From contig OY970296.1 of NCBI GenBank assembly GCA_963716175.1, forward strand, positions 1,184,001 through 1,248,000: a stretch of 64,000 nucleotides of DNA, given 5' to 3'. A program made the position numbers and the translations under genes. The notes beneath the pieces are model-generated. The model saw nothing but the letters and a program-made list of their open reading frames with translations, did no database searches and had not been told where the DNA came from. Positions 40,627 to 51,800 of this stretch are shown piece by piece. The DNA is from an uncultured Armatimonadetes bacterium (lineage in GTDB: Bacteria > Armatimonadota > Hebobacteria > Hebobacterales > Hebobacteraceae). Position 1 is the first letter of the stretch, and every line of letters begins with the position of its first letter.

Positions 40627-41819
40627 AAGAGCGGCCGCAGGTCTACCCGGCGGCCTTCTTCGGCGCTGACGTAGGCCGCGTACAAGACGATGCTGACATC
40701 GCGCGCCAGCCTGGCGCCGGAGACGGGCTGGCGGTTCTCGGCTACAGCGGCGACGAAATCCGCGATCTCCTGCGGGTAGCCCTGATTCCAATCCTCGTCC
40801 GGGGAAGGCTGAGTCCAGCCGCCCTTGGTCTCGATTTTCTCCACGATGTACTCGTCGCCGAAGATGTGGGGCGCGGGCGCGTAGGCGACGCAGGCATCGG
40901 TGGGGTTGATGTTGGCGCGCAGGCGAGCGTTGGAGAGGTAGGCCTCGAGGTAGTTGTGGACGCCGCCCAGGGTGGTATCGCCGGCCTTCACCTCTGCCAC
41001 CGAGCCATCATCGAACTTGACCACGATGATGCCCCAATCCTCCACATCCCGCCACCCGGTGCGCAGGTACTGCTCCTTCTCCTGTTGGAAGGCGGGAATC
41101 CAGGTGAGGTGGCCCACCTCGCAGAAGACCGAGGCCGGGCGGATGGGCCGGCCGAACTTGGCCTCTCCCTCCCAGTGCTTCAGCTGCAGCGCCGCGCCCA
41201 ATGGGTGAGAGCCCTTCACCATCAGCGACCCGCCGCCGGAGGTGCGCCACTGCTTGGCGTAGTCCGCATGCGAGCCGGAGTGCGACTCCTCGGCCTCGAT
41301 GCGGAGGATGGTCCCGCCCGCGGCCTGGGCGAGGCGCCAGAGCTTGAGGTAGGAGGGCGCGTAGACCCAATTCTCGGCGTACCCGAACCTGATCCCGGAG
41401 GCTTTGAGCGCCGCCATCACTTGGTCGCAGCGGGCGATGGTGTGATCCAGCATCTGCTGGCGGGAGACCGTTTTCCCAATCAGCTCGTCCTTGGGACGGC
41501 CCTCGCCGAAGTAGCCGGTGAGCGGCTTTTCGCAGAACACGTGCTTTCCGGCCTGGGCGGCCTCGATGATGAAGGGGGCGTGGAGGTAGTTGGGCACGGC
41601 CAGGTCAACCGCGTCCACGTCGGGCCTGGCCAGCATCTCAGAGAAGCTCTCGCAAACCGAGGGGATGGCGTGCTTGGCCGCGAAGGTCTCGGCCTCAGAC
41701 CTGGGGACGCCGCACACCGCGACCACCTGGCAGCGCTCAGGGGCCAACTGCTTATAGCCGTGGATATGCAGGTTGGCGGAGAACCCGCAGCCTGCCATAC
41801 CGATGCGGACTGGTGGCAT
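40623..41819 (-). CDS. Gfo/Idh/MocA-family oxidoreductase
   Basis: GMAGCGFSA, PNYLH and FCEKPL. Confidence 0.9.
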   Translation of the reverse strand: MPPVRIGMAGCGFSANLHIHGYKQLAPERCQVVAVCGVPRSEAETFAAKHAIPSVCESFSEMLARPDVDAVDLAVPNYLHAPFIIEAAQAGKHVFCEKPLTGYFGEGRPKDELIGKTVSRQQMLDHTIARCDQVMAALKASGIRFGYAENWVYAPSYLKLWRLAQAAGGTILRIEAEESHSGSHADYAKQWRTSGGGSLMVKGSHPLGAALQLKHWEGEAKFGRPIRPASVFCEVGHLTWIPAFQQEKEQYLRTGWRDVEDWGIIVVKFDDGSVAEVKAGDTTLGGVHNYLEAYLSNARLRANINPTDACVAYAPAPHIFGDEYIVEKIETKGGWTQPSPDEDWNQGYPQEIADFVAAVAENRQPVSGARLARDVSIVLYAAYVSAEEGRRVDLRPLL

Positions 41820-41858
41820 TAGCGCCAGACCTCCGTGGGGACAGGTTGCGGACCTGCC

Positions 41859-42824
41859 CTACTTGTAGACCTCGGGATTCACGCAGTACTGCGGGCGGCG
41901 GCCCTCGAACACAGCGATGATGGCGTCCACCACGCCATTGCCCATAGCCAGCAGCGCGCCGGGGGTATTGGAGGAGTTGTGGGGCATGGTCACGGCGCAC
42001 CCGCACTTCAGCAGGCGGCTCTGGGTGGGAGGCTCGGCGGCGTAGACGTCCAGACCCGCGCCGAAGATCCGGCCGGCCTCAAGGGCATCGGCCAGCGCCT
42101 CCTCGTCCACGATGGCGCCGCGGGCGGTGTTCACCAGAACGCCGGTCGGCTTCATCAGCGCGATGCGCTCGGCATTGATGCACTTGCGGGTTCCGTCGTT
42201 GAGCGGCATGTGAACGGAGACGAAATCGGCCTCCTTCATCACGTGCTCGATGGAGACGGCGCGCTCGACCACGAACTGGGCGGCGAACTCCTTATCGAAG
42301 AGAGGATCGTAGGCGAGAATTCGCATGTCGAAGCCGCGGCCCCGGCGGGCCACGCCCTTGCCGATCCGGCCCAGCCCCAGCAATCCGAGGGTGGCACCGC
42401 AGACGTCAACGCCGTAGGTGTTGGTCCATTGGCCGGCCTTGGTGGTGCGATCGCCCTCCGGGATCTTCCGCGCCACCGCCAGCATCAGGGCGAAGGCCAT
42501 GTCGGCGACGGCTTCGGCATTGGCTCCCGGCAGATTGGCGACCACGATCCCGCGGCGGGTGCACTCGGCCACATCCACGCAGTCCATGCCCGCGCCGTGG
42601 CGGGCCAGCACCTTCAGCCGCTCAGCGTCGTCGAAGGCGGGCGGGAAGAACTGATCCACGCCGGCCGCGATCCCGTCCACATCTCTCAGCACAGACCTCA
42701 GCTCGTCGGGGGTCATAGGACGCCCATAGGGGTTGTGCGCGACCTCATAGCCGGCGGCGATCAGCCGGTCCTCCGGCTCCCGGGTCACTTCGCTGAAGGA
42801 AGTGGCGGTGATCAGGACCTTCAT
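41859..42824 (-). CDS. D-isomer-specific 2-hydroxyacid dehydrogenase (phosphoglycerate dehydrogenase-like)
   Basis: Starts MKVLITAT. GLGRIG, VNTARG, LDVY..EP and PH motifs. Confidence 0.9.
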   Translation of the reverse strand: MKVLITATSFSEVTREPEDRLIAAGYEVAHNPYGRPMTPDELRSVLRDVDGIAAGVDQFFPPAFDDAERLKVLARHGAGMDCVDVAECTRRGIVVANLPGANAEAVADMAFALMLAVARKIPEGDRTTKAGQWTNTYGVDVCGATLGLLGLGRIGKGVARRGRGFDMRILAYDPLFDKEFAAQFVVERAVSIEHVMKEADFVSVHMPLNDGTRKCINAERIALMKPTGVLVNTARGAIVDEEALADALEAGRIFGAGLDVYAAEPPTQSRLLKCGCAVTMPHNSSNTPGALLAMGNGVVDAIIAVFEGRRPQYCVNPEVYK

Positions 42825-42913
42825 CTGACGACTCCTAGCGACGGTCGGCGGCGATGCCTTCGGCATGGCCGCCCCACAGAACGGCGATGCCGGCGGGCAT
42901 GGGCATGCCTGCC

Positions 42914-45570
42914 CTACAAGGTGCCGTCGAGCTGGGCCATCTCGATGTTCTGGTTGGGACAGCGGCGGAAACACATTCCACAGGCGACACACTTCTCCTC
43001 GTCTATGTGGAAGGCATCGCTGCCGCGGCGCTCGATGGCGAAGGAGGAGCAGATGCGGAAGCAGAGGGCGCACCCCTCGCCACAGCCGCAGACCAGGCAG
43101 CGGCTCGCCTCGGCCACGGCTTCCTCCTCGGTGAGCGCCGGGGTGTAAGGCGCGAAGTCCAATCGGCGCTGGGCCGCGGGGCGCAGAGGTAGCGCGACCC
43201 GATCCTGAATCTGGAGCCCGTGCTGCCGCGCCAGCACCTGCTGCTTGGAGACCTCGGCGAGGATGGGATCATAGCTGAGGAAGGGCTCGCCGCCGGAGAG
43301 GAAGCGGTCAATGGAAACCGCAGCGCGGCGGCCGGAGGCGACGGCGGCGATCACGGTATCGGGGCCGGTGGCGGCGTCGCCGCCGACGAAGAGACCCTCA
43401 ATGGTAGTGGCTCCGGTGTCGAGATCGCAAGCCAAGCTGCCGTCGGCATTCACGGTCAGGCCCTCAACCGCGGTGGCGACCTGCTGGCCCAGGGCGTTGA
43501 TCACCATATCGCAGGGGAGAGAGAACTCGGTCTGCTCGACTGGATCGGGCCGGCGGCGGCCGGAGGCATCGGGCTCGCCCAGGGTGTGAATGCGCATGGT
43601 GAGGCCGGTGACGCGGTTGCGCTTCTTGAGCACGGCCAGCGGGGCCACCAGGTAGATCACGCGCACCCCTTCCGCTTCCGCCTCCCCCACCTCCTCGGGC
43701 ACGGCCGGCATCTCGTCCCGGGTGCGCCGGTAGCAGAGGAAGACCTCTTTGGCGCCCAGGCGGAGCGCGGTGCGGGCGGCGTCCACGGCGGTAAAGCCAC
43801 CGCCAATCACGGCCACGCGTTCGCCGACATTGACCTTGCGGCCACGACGGAGGTTGGTCAGGAAGTCAACCGCCGAGACCACGCCGCGGGCGTCCTCGCC
43901 AGGGACCTGGAGGCGAAGACCCGACCAGGCCCCGATCCCCAGGAAGATGGCGTCATAGCCATCTGCTCGCAGGCTGGAGAGAGTGAAGTCTTTCCCCAGG
44001 CGCCGGTGGCACCTGATCTTCACCCCGAGCGACTGGAGCGCGCCGATCTCGGCCTCGAGCACGGCCTCTGGCAGCCGGAAGCTGGGGATGCCATAGCGCA
44101 TCATGCCGCCCGGCCTGCGCTCGGCGTCGAACACCGTGACCTGGTGGCCAGCGCGCGCCAGGTCCCAGGCGCAGGCGATCCCCGCCGGGCCGGAGCCGAC
44201 CACGGCGACTCTCTTCCCACTCTTCGGCAGCCGGTCCACCTCGGGCCGCCAGCCCTGGGCGACCGCGTATTCGAGCACGAACCGCTTGAGATCGCGAATG
44301 CGGATGGGCTCATCTACATCGCCCCGGGTGCAGGCGGTCTCGCATGGGTGCGAGCAGATGTAGCCGCAGACAGATTGCAGAGGATCGCGGGAGGTGATGA
44401 GGCGATAGGCTTCCTCGAAGTCGCGCTCGGCCACCTTCTGGACATAGCCCTGCGCGGGGACCTGGTTGGGGCAGGCGAACTTGCAGGGAGCGGAGAGATA
44501 AGGCTGCTTGATGCGGCCGTGGCCGGGGTAGAGCGTCAGCTTGTCGGCCGCCGTCACTTCCGACACCAGCAGGTCGCGCATCGCCCCCCAGGTCTCGAAC
44601 CCCATCTTGTCCAGGTAGCGCAGCACGCCGTCGGTGATATCGCGCACGATCCCATAACCGTGCGCCAGCACCGCGGTGCAGATACCCACCAGGTCGGCGC
44701 CGAAGAAGGCCATCTCCACCGCGTCCTGCCAGGTTTCGACTCCGCCGGTGGCGATGGCCGCCACCTGGGGGCCGTTGCGCTTGCGAATCTCGAAGATATC
44801 GCGGAGGGCGAGAGGCTTGGCCCAGGGCCCGGACATGCAACTCAGGGAAACCTGCTCCTGGAGGTGGTAGACCGCTTTCCTCGGGTTCCAGATATCTATG
44901 GGCGGGATGGCGAGCCGATTCGCATTGGAGCCGACGGCCACCGCGCCGGCCTGGTAGGCGGCCTGGGCCACGTCGGCCAGCCGTCCCCCTCCGGGCTGAG
45001 CTTGACGAACACCGGGATGGAGACCGCGGCCACGGTGGCGCGGACGATCTCGCCAACGGCCTGGGGATCCATGCCCAGAGAGGCGCCGCTGACGGGCCCG
45101 CCCTCGTGCAGCTCACCCGTGAGCGCCAGGTTGAAGGACATGTTGGGGCAGCCCAGGTTCACTTCGAGCACGTGGCATCCCGCCTGCTCGAACACCCGCG
45201 CCATGTTCACCCACCCCTCCACCCCCTTGTCCCCGGAGTAGCTGTAGTTGGCCAGGATGACGAAGTCCTTGTCCACCCGGGGCCGAGCGGCCTGCACCAG
45301 CTCCACCGCCTGGTCCAGGTTGAGGCGTTTCTCGGCGGTGAACGCGAGGAAGCCCTGGGGCTCGAAGTAGCCATACCGGGGCTCGCGGTTGATGTACGGA
45401 GGGGGATCGAACGTGAGCTTGATGGAGGCGCCCGACCAGCCCAGCTCGCAGCCCCGGGCGAGTTGGTCGGCGGAGTGAGTGGTGGGCCCGGAGGCGAGGA
45501 AGAACGGGTTCTTGAAGGTGACACCGGCGATGGTCACCGCCAGCCGGGGATCGGCAGTCCTCTCGGTCAT
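42914..45570 (-). CDS. Fused dihydropyrimidine dehydrogenase-like oxidoreductase (PreA-like barrel, GltD/PreT-like, ferredoxin), frameshift near 44987
   Basis: NPFFLASGP, EVNLGCPN, VKLSP, then APCKFACP, CGYICSHPCE, GSGPAG, GGGFTAVD, RCLVC and CVACGMCFRRCP. One G is missing in a G5 run. Confidence 0.85.
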
Positions 45571-45791
45571 GATGCGGTTGGCACTCCCTGGTGGTGCTGG
45601 TCCTGCTGAGCGAAGAAGCCCCGCGCGGGGTGCGCTGTCGCGCGGCGCCGATGCCCTATCATAGCATTTCGGGCGAAGCGGTCGCTAGCCCTCGCGACGA
45701 TATCTCCTGTGGGGCGCGAGCTGGCAGGTGTGGGCGCCTGGCCGGCTAATATGCGTGGCCGGCTCGGCTATCACATGCCAGGAGGGCGACC

Positions 45792-46628
45792 GTGGAGATA
45801 GGTCTGCTGACAGCGCCGTTTGGCAGTAAGTCGTTGCAGTGGATAGCAGGTTTCGCCAGGGCGAATGGGTTCCAGGCCCTGGAGGTGGTGGCCGGGCCGG
45901 GAAGCAAGCACCTTGACACCAATGGCATGACCGCGGCCCGCGCCGGCCAGATCAAGCGGCTGATGGCCGACAGCGGTCTGCGCCTCTCCAGCCTGGCCTA
46001 CTACGAGAACCTGCTGACGCCGGACAAGGGGGAGCGGGCGAGGGCGGTGCAGGGGATGCGGTCGGTGATCCAGGCCGCCGCCGCCCTGGGGGTGGAGGTG
46101 GTGTGCACGCTGGCCGGGATGCCGGTGCCCGGCAAGGACCGCACGCACACCATCGCCGAGGACTTCCCCGGTGTGTTCCGGCCGCTGGTGAAGCTGGCCG
46201 CGCAGAAAGGCATCAGGCTCGCCTTCGAGAACTACTTCGCCACCAATATCCGCAATCTGGCGGACTGGCAGCAGGTGTTCGAGGTGATCCCGGAGGCGAA
46301 CCTGGGGCTGAACTTCGATCCGTCGCACTTGCTGTGGCAGGGCATTGACTACCTGGAGGCGGTGGATCGGTTTCGCGACCGGATCTTTCACACCCATGCC
46401 AAGGATGTGGAGATCAAGCAGCACCTGCTGCGCTGGGTGGGGAACCAGTCCGGCGGCTGGTGGCGCTACTGCATCCCGGGCTACGGCGAGGTGAACTGGG
46501 GAGTCTACATCGCGCGGCTGCGCGCGATCGGCTACAACGGCGTGCTGAGCATCGAGCACGAGGACGGCGCCTTCGGGGTGGAGGAGGGTTTCGTTAAGGG
46601 ACAGCGCCATCTGGCGCGGTTTGTCTGA
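45792..46628 (+). CDS. Sugar phosphate isomerase/epimerase (xylose isomerase-like TIM barrel)
   Basis: FEN, NFDPSH, HAKD, PGYGEVNW and SIEHED. Confidence 0.9.
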   Translation: MEIGLLTAPFGSKSLQWIAGFARANGFQALEVVAGPGSKHLDTNGMTAARAGQIKRLMADSGLRLSSLAYYENLLTPDKGERARAVQGMRSVIQAAAALGVEVVCTLAGMPVPGKDRTHTIAEDFPGVFRPLVKLAAQKGIRLAFENYFATNIRNLADWQQVFEVIPEANLGLNFDPSHLLWQGIDYLEAVDRFRDRIFHTHAKDVEIKQHLLRWVGNQSGGWWRYCIPGYGEVNWGVYIARLRAIGYNGVLSIEHEDGAFGVEEGFVKGQRHLARFV

Positions 46629-46666
46629 GGGACGGGGCCGGTCGGGCGTTGCGGAAAGGAGCGGCG

Positions 46667-47794
46667 ATGAGCAGCTTGCAGATCAAGCCCGCGGGCGAGG
46701 GCTACGATGCCATTGCGCTGGGCGAAGTGATGATGCGCATTGATCCGGGCGATCTGCCCACCAGCCGGGCGCGCCACGCCCGCATCTGGCACGGCGGCGG
46801 CGAGACCAATGTGGCGGAGGGACTGAGCGCCTGCTTTGGCCTCAAGACCGCGGTGATCACCGCTCTGGTGGAGGATGGCATCGGCCGCAACATCGAGAAC
46901 CAGTTCCGGGAGGCCGGGGTGGACACCTCGCACATCATCTGGTTCGCCACCAGCGGCAAGGGCAAGTTCACCACCGATGGTAAGGGCACGCTGCACAATG
47001 GCATCAACTTCACGTGGGCAGGCAAGGGGGTGCTCCCCTCAGTCACCGAGTACTACCGCGCCCATACCCCCATCCGCGAGCTGAAGCCGGGCGATGTGGG
47101 CTGGAAGGCGATCCTCGGGCGGGGAGTGCGGTGGTTCCACACCGGGGGCATCTATGCCCTGATCTCTCCCACCTCCTCCGCGCTGGCGCTAGAGGCGATG
47201 GAGGCAGCGGGCGCGCACGGCGCCTTTCGCTCTTTCGACCTGAACTACCGCTCCAAGGTGGAGCCGAACAAGGAGCGGGCGCGGGAGATCAACCGCAGCA
47301 TCGTGCCCCACACCGACTTTCTGGTGGGCAATCAGAGCGACTTCCTCGATGCCCTGGGCTATGAGAGCAAGCAGGTGGCGACCACCGACCGTTTCGAGGT
47401 GTGGTTGGCGGCCTATCAGGAGATGCTGCGAAAGGTGGCCAAGGATTACCCCAACCTGAAGCTGATCGGCACCCAACTGCGCGCCGCGCTCACCGCGGAC
47501 CGGATCAGCTGGGGCGCGGTGCTCTATGAAGTCGGCGCGGACAAGATGCACCAGGCGGCGGTGCGGGAGAACATCGAGATCGCCGACCGCACCGGAGGCG
47601 GGGATTCCTTCATGTCGGGGGTGGCGGCGGCCCTGCTGAAAGGACACGGACCCGAGGTGGCGGCGGAGTGGGGCGCGGCCCACGGCATCCTGGTGCAGGA
47701 GACCCCCGGCGACACTACGATGGTGACCCAGAAAGAGGTGGAGGCGGAGGTGGCGCGGGCTCGCAAGGGCGGTGGGGTGAGCGCGCTGCGCTAG
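46667..47794 (+). CDS. PfkB sugar kinase, 2-keto-3-deoxygluconate kinase-like
   Basis: LGEVMMR, GGGETNVA, FDLNYR and DRTGGGDSF. Confidence 0.85.
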   Translation: MSSLQIKPAGEGYDAIALGEVMMRIDPGDLPTSRARHARIWHGGGETNVAEGLSACFGLKTAVITALVEDGIGRNIENQFREAGVDTSHIIWFATSGKGKFTTDGKGTLHNGINFTWAGKGVLPSVTEYYRAHTPIRELKPGDVGWKAILGRGVRWFHTGGIYALISPTSSALALEAMEAAGAHGAFRSFDLNYRSKVEPNKERAREINRSIVPHTDFLVGNQSDFLDALGYESKQVATTDRFEVWLAAYQEMLRKVAKDYPNLKLIGTQLRAALTADRISWGAVLYEVGADKMHQAAVRENIEIADRTGGGDSFMSGVAAALLKGHGPEVAAEWGAAHGILVQETPGDTTMVTQKEVEAEVARARKGGGVSALR

Positions 47795-47852
47795 CAGGCG
47801 GATGCGGCCAGGTGGATAGAGAGCAGTGGGGGGAGAAAGCGAGGGTGCATCG

Positions 47853-48717
47853 GTGCCAGAGGTGATCTATCTCAATGGCAGGTTCGTGGCTCCGGAGGAG
47901 GCCGTGATCTCGGTTGACGATCGCGGCTTTATCTTCGCGGACGCGGTGTACGAGGTGCTCCGCACCTACCAGGGCCGGGTGTGGGCGACGGAACGTCACC
48001 TCCGGCGTCTGCAGCACAGCCTGGAGGGCATTGATCTCCGAGGCGTGGACGTGGAGGAGATGCGCGGGGTGATGGAGGAGGCGAACCGGCGAAGCGAGTT
48101 CCCCAACGCCACGATCTACCTCCAGATCACGCGGGGGGCGGCGCCGCGGCGACATTCCTACACCCGCGATCTGATCCCCACCGTTCTGGTCACCGTTCGG
48201 GACCTCACCCCCATGCTGGCGGAGATCAACCACGAGGGTGCAACGGCAATCACCGCGCCTGACTTGCGGTGGCGGCGCTGTGACATCAAGTCCACCAACC
48301 TACTGCCCAACATCCTCGCCAGGAGGCGGGCTATGGAACAGGGCGCACACGAGGCGATCCTCGTGGATGCGGAGGGATATGTCACCGAGGCCGCCTCCAT
48401 GGCCGTGTTCTGCGTGGAGAAAAGCTGCTTGCTCACCACCCCGCTCGGTCCGGAGATCTTGCCCAGCATCACCCGGCAGTTTGTGGTGGAGATCGCGCAA
48501 GAATGACGGCATCCCCTTGCGGGAGGAGCGCGTCGCGCTCGACCGCTTCCGTCGGGCCGAGGAGATGCTCGTCGCCAGCACCAGCCACGAGGCCTGCCCG
48601 GTCACGCGGCTGGATGGGCAACTGGTAGGCGACGGCAAAGCGGGCCCCATTGCGCGGCGGCTGAAGGCCGGGTTCAAGAAGAGGGTGGCGGCGGGGGATG
48701 ACGCGCCGCGGGGGTAG
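47853..48717 (+). CDS. Class IV aminotransferase (D-amino-acid transaminase-like), frameshift near 48504
   Basis: DRGFIFADAVYEV, YLQITRG, DIKSTNLL and ILPSITR. Continues GIPLREE...GDGKAGP in the adjacent frame. Confidence 0.88.
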
Positions 48718-48879
48718 GCAACGGCGGAATCCACAGATTCCGCAGACAGCGCAGATGACTATGGATGGGCAGGAGACGCGTGGCTAGGCCCTTCGGGCCG
48801 CCACCCCGGCCCGCCGCAGGCGGGCCTAGGGGCTCCTGCCCTACGAACCGCCGCAAGACCCCGTCCTGACCGAAAGAGG

Positions 48880-51800
48880 TGCTTGCCAAACGGCTGGCGA
48901 ACGCCTGTTTTCGTGAGCGAGGGGACAGAGCAAACCAGCAAGCTCGTCGGTGATCTGATCTCGATCTGCGCCGCGCCGGCGGTGGTGTCGCTGAGCCAGG
49001 TGGAGGGGGTGCGGGATCGGCTGGCTGCGGGGGAGGGGGCGGAGGGGGAGCTCGCCTCCCTGCTGGGCGGCTATTCGTTGGGTGATCCAGAGACACGGGC
49101 CGCCTTCGAGGCGATGATCCGCTCCCTAGGCCGGCGCGAGGAGCGGGGGACGCGTTCCTGGTCTCAGGGGTCTACGGGTCGGGGAAGTCGCACCTGCTGG
49201 CGGCGCTCATGCTGCTGGCCGGACACCCGAAAGCAGCGTGGCCGGCCTTCCTCTCTTCTCATCCCGGATACGATCGCGCCGCGCCTCGTGCTTCGCAGCG
49301 AAGCGCTGCTTCGCAGAGTAGCATCGGGTTCGAGCGGCCGCGGCTGGTGGTGGCGATCCCCCTGGACAACTACCCCGCGCAGTCGCACCCGCTGGAGCAC
49401 ATCGTGCTCTCACAGATTGAGGCCGAGCTGGCGCGGCGACACGGGCTGCGGGTGGCGCTCACCGAGGAATCGCACCTCCTGGACCTGGTAGAGCACTATG
49501 TCATGCCGCAAGCGGGCGCGGGCCTGGATGAGGCGGCGGTCAGGACGACCGGAGAGGAGTGGCAGGTGCTGCGGGCACGGGCGCCCGAGAAGGCCGCGGA
49601 GGTGGCGCTGGAGTTCCTGAGCGAGTCAGGCTTCCCCCTGAACTGGCGGCGGTCGCGGGCGGAGGCGTGGGGGGTGCTGCGCGCGGCGCTGGAGAGCAAT
49701 GGGATTGACGGGCCGGTGGTGCTGCTCGATGAGCTGGGCATGTTTCTGGCGGGCAAGGATCGCCGCGGCCTCAACGCGGACGCATCCTTCTTGCAGTACC
49801 TGGCGCAGCGGACCCCAGGGGAACGGTGCTGGCTGGTGTGCGTCACTCAGCGGGGGCTCGAGGAGGTGGGGGACATTGACCGGCGGACCCTCCGGCAGCT
49901 CCGGGATCGCTTCCGCCCCGGCTTCACCCTGGGCCTGGCCGATCTGGGCTGGGTGATGCAGCACCGCCTGATAGCGCGCCACAGACCGGATGCCTTCACG
50001 AACGCGATGCCAGAGCTGCACGCCAGCTACCGCGCGGAGGCAGAGCCGTTCTCGGTTGATGAGCTGGCGCGAGCCTACCCCCTGAACCCGCTCTGCCTGG
50101 AGGTCTTGCAGCGGGCGGCCGAGACCTGCCTCTCCCAGACCAGGAGCGCGGTGCGACTTCTGCAGGAAGCCGCGCGCGAGCAGGGATGGCTGGAACGGCC
50201 CGCTGAGCGGCTGATCACCCCAGACGTGGTCTTCGATCTGTTCCGGGAGGAGATGGCGCTGACCGGGGCCGGGCAAAGGCACCTGCACGCCTACGAAGTG
50301 GTGATGGCCAACTCCAGCCGGATTGCGCCCGGCCGGGAGCAAGCGTTTGGGATCGTGATGAAGGCGCTGTGCCTGCTGGGCCTGGCGGAGCTGAGGTGGT
50401 CGGTGGGGCAGCTTCGCGCCAGCCTGGTAGGCGACGAGGAGGCGGAGCTGTGGCGCAGGCGCGAGGCCCTGGGGGAGATGCTGAGCGCACTCTACCAGAG
50501 AGGGGCCTATGTGGAGCGGGTCCGAGGCCAGGATGAGGAAGACCACCAATACTACGTGGACGTTTCGTCAGATGCCTCGGAGCGAATCCGGCAGCGGCTG
50601 AACGAGCTGGTAAAGGAGCTGGCGGCAGGCGACTCACGGGTGTCGAGGGCGGCGCTGGAGGCGTGCCGGGAGGACTTGTTTCCGCTGGCCGGCCTGGCGG
50701 AGCCGCGCCGCCTCTCGGTGGAGTGGTGGCAGGCGCGGCGGCACGTGACCGCCGTCTGCCGGGACCTGTCGCAGCTGAGCGCGGCCGAACTGCAGAACCT
50801 CGTAGGGTCACTGGAAGCCCCGACCACGAAGGAGGACGGCTGGCTGTTCATCTCCCTGCCAGCAACCTCAAGCGCCCAGCAGGAGCACGCGTGGCAGGAG
50901 GCGGCCGGCCAAGTCACAGGCCGGTTCGCCTCCGGGCTGCTGGCCTGGCTCCCAAAGGAGCTGAGCGGGAGCGAGCAGGAGCAGCTGGTGGAGCACGCGG
51001 CCCTCTCCCGGATGGTATCCGACCCCACCGTGGCGCGGCCCCGAGATCGGGAGTTGCGGGCGAGGCTGCGGCAACGGTGGGAGGATTCCGAAGTCCAGGT
51101 AAGACGGACGCTGCAGCGGGCCTACTACGAAGGGAGAATCATAGAGGCGAGCGGAGCGACGATAGCGGGCAGCCAACGGCTGTCGGACCAGGAGGGGTGG
51201 GACCGGACGCTGGCGGAGGCGTTCGCAGGACCGTTCCGGAGGCTGTTCCCGCAGTTTCCGTCGCTGGCGCCGGAGCGGAGGCTGGCGGGAAGGGCGCAGA
51301 CCAACCAGATCATTGACCAGTTCATCCGGCCCGGGGAAGTGACGCTGCCGCCGGCCTCGGCGCTGGAGGCGCACCTGATCGCTTATGCCAGGCCGCTGGG
51401 GCTGGCCGAAGGGGAGGACCGGCACTGGCGGCTGGCGCTGAACCACCGCCAACTGGTGCAGGCGGCGCTGGCGGCCACGCCGGCGGGCGGCGCGGGCGAT
51501 GGGGTGGATCCGGACGCTGCCATCAGCTATGCTGAGCTGGCCGGCCGGCTGGCGAAGAGCGAGTGGGGAATCACCCCTGAGCAGAGCGAGCTCCTGGTGG
51601 CCGCGCTCATTCGTAGCGGCTACCTGGTTGGCTTGGATGCGTTCCTGCAGCCAGTGAGACTGGAGGCCATCGCGGCGCCGCTGGGAGAGAACCTGCCGTT
51701 CGTCATGCGGGGCGCGGCGCTGGAGGGGGAAACCGCCGAAGAGGTCCGACGCTTGTGGCTGGCAGCGAGTAGGCAGCAGGCAAGCTCCCTTCGGCTGGGC

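Noticed and set aside
39189-45241. Long plus-strand ORFs (877, 437 and 673 aa) and similar antisense ORFs elsewhere
   Set aside because: They are shadow frames of well-supported opposite-strand genes in high-GC DNA and show no motifs.
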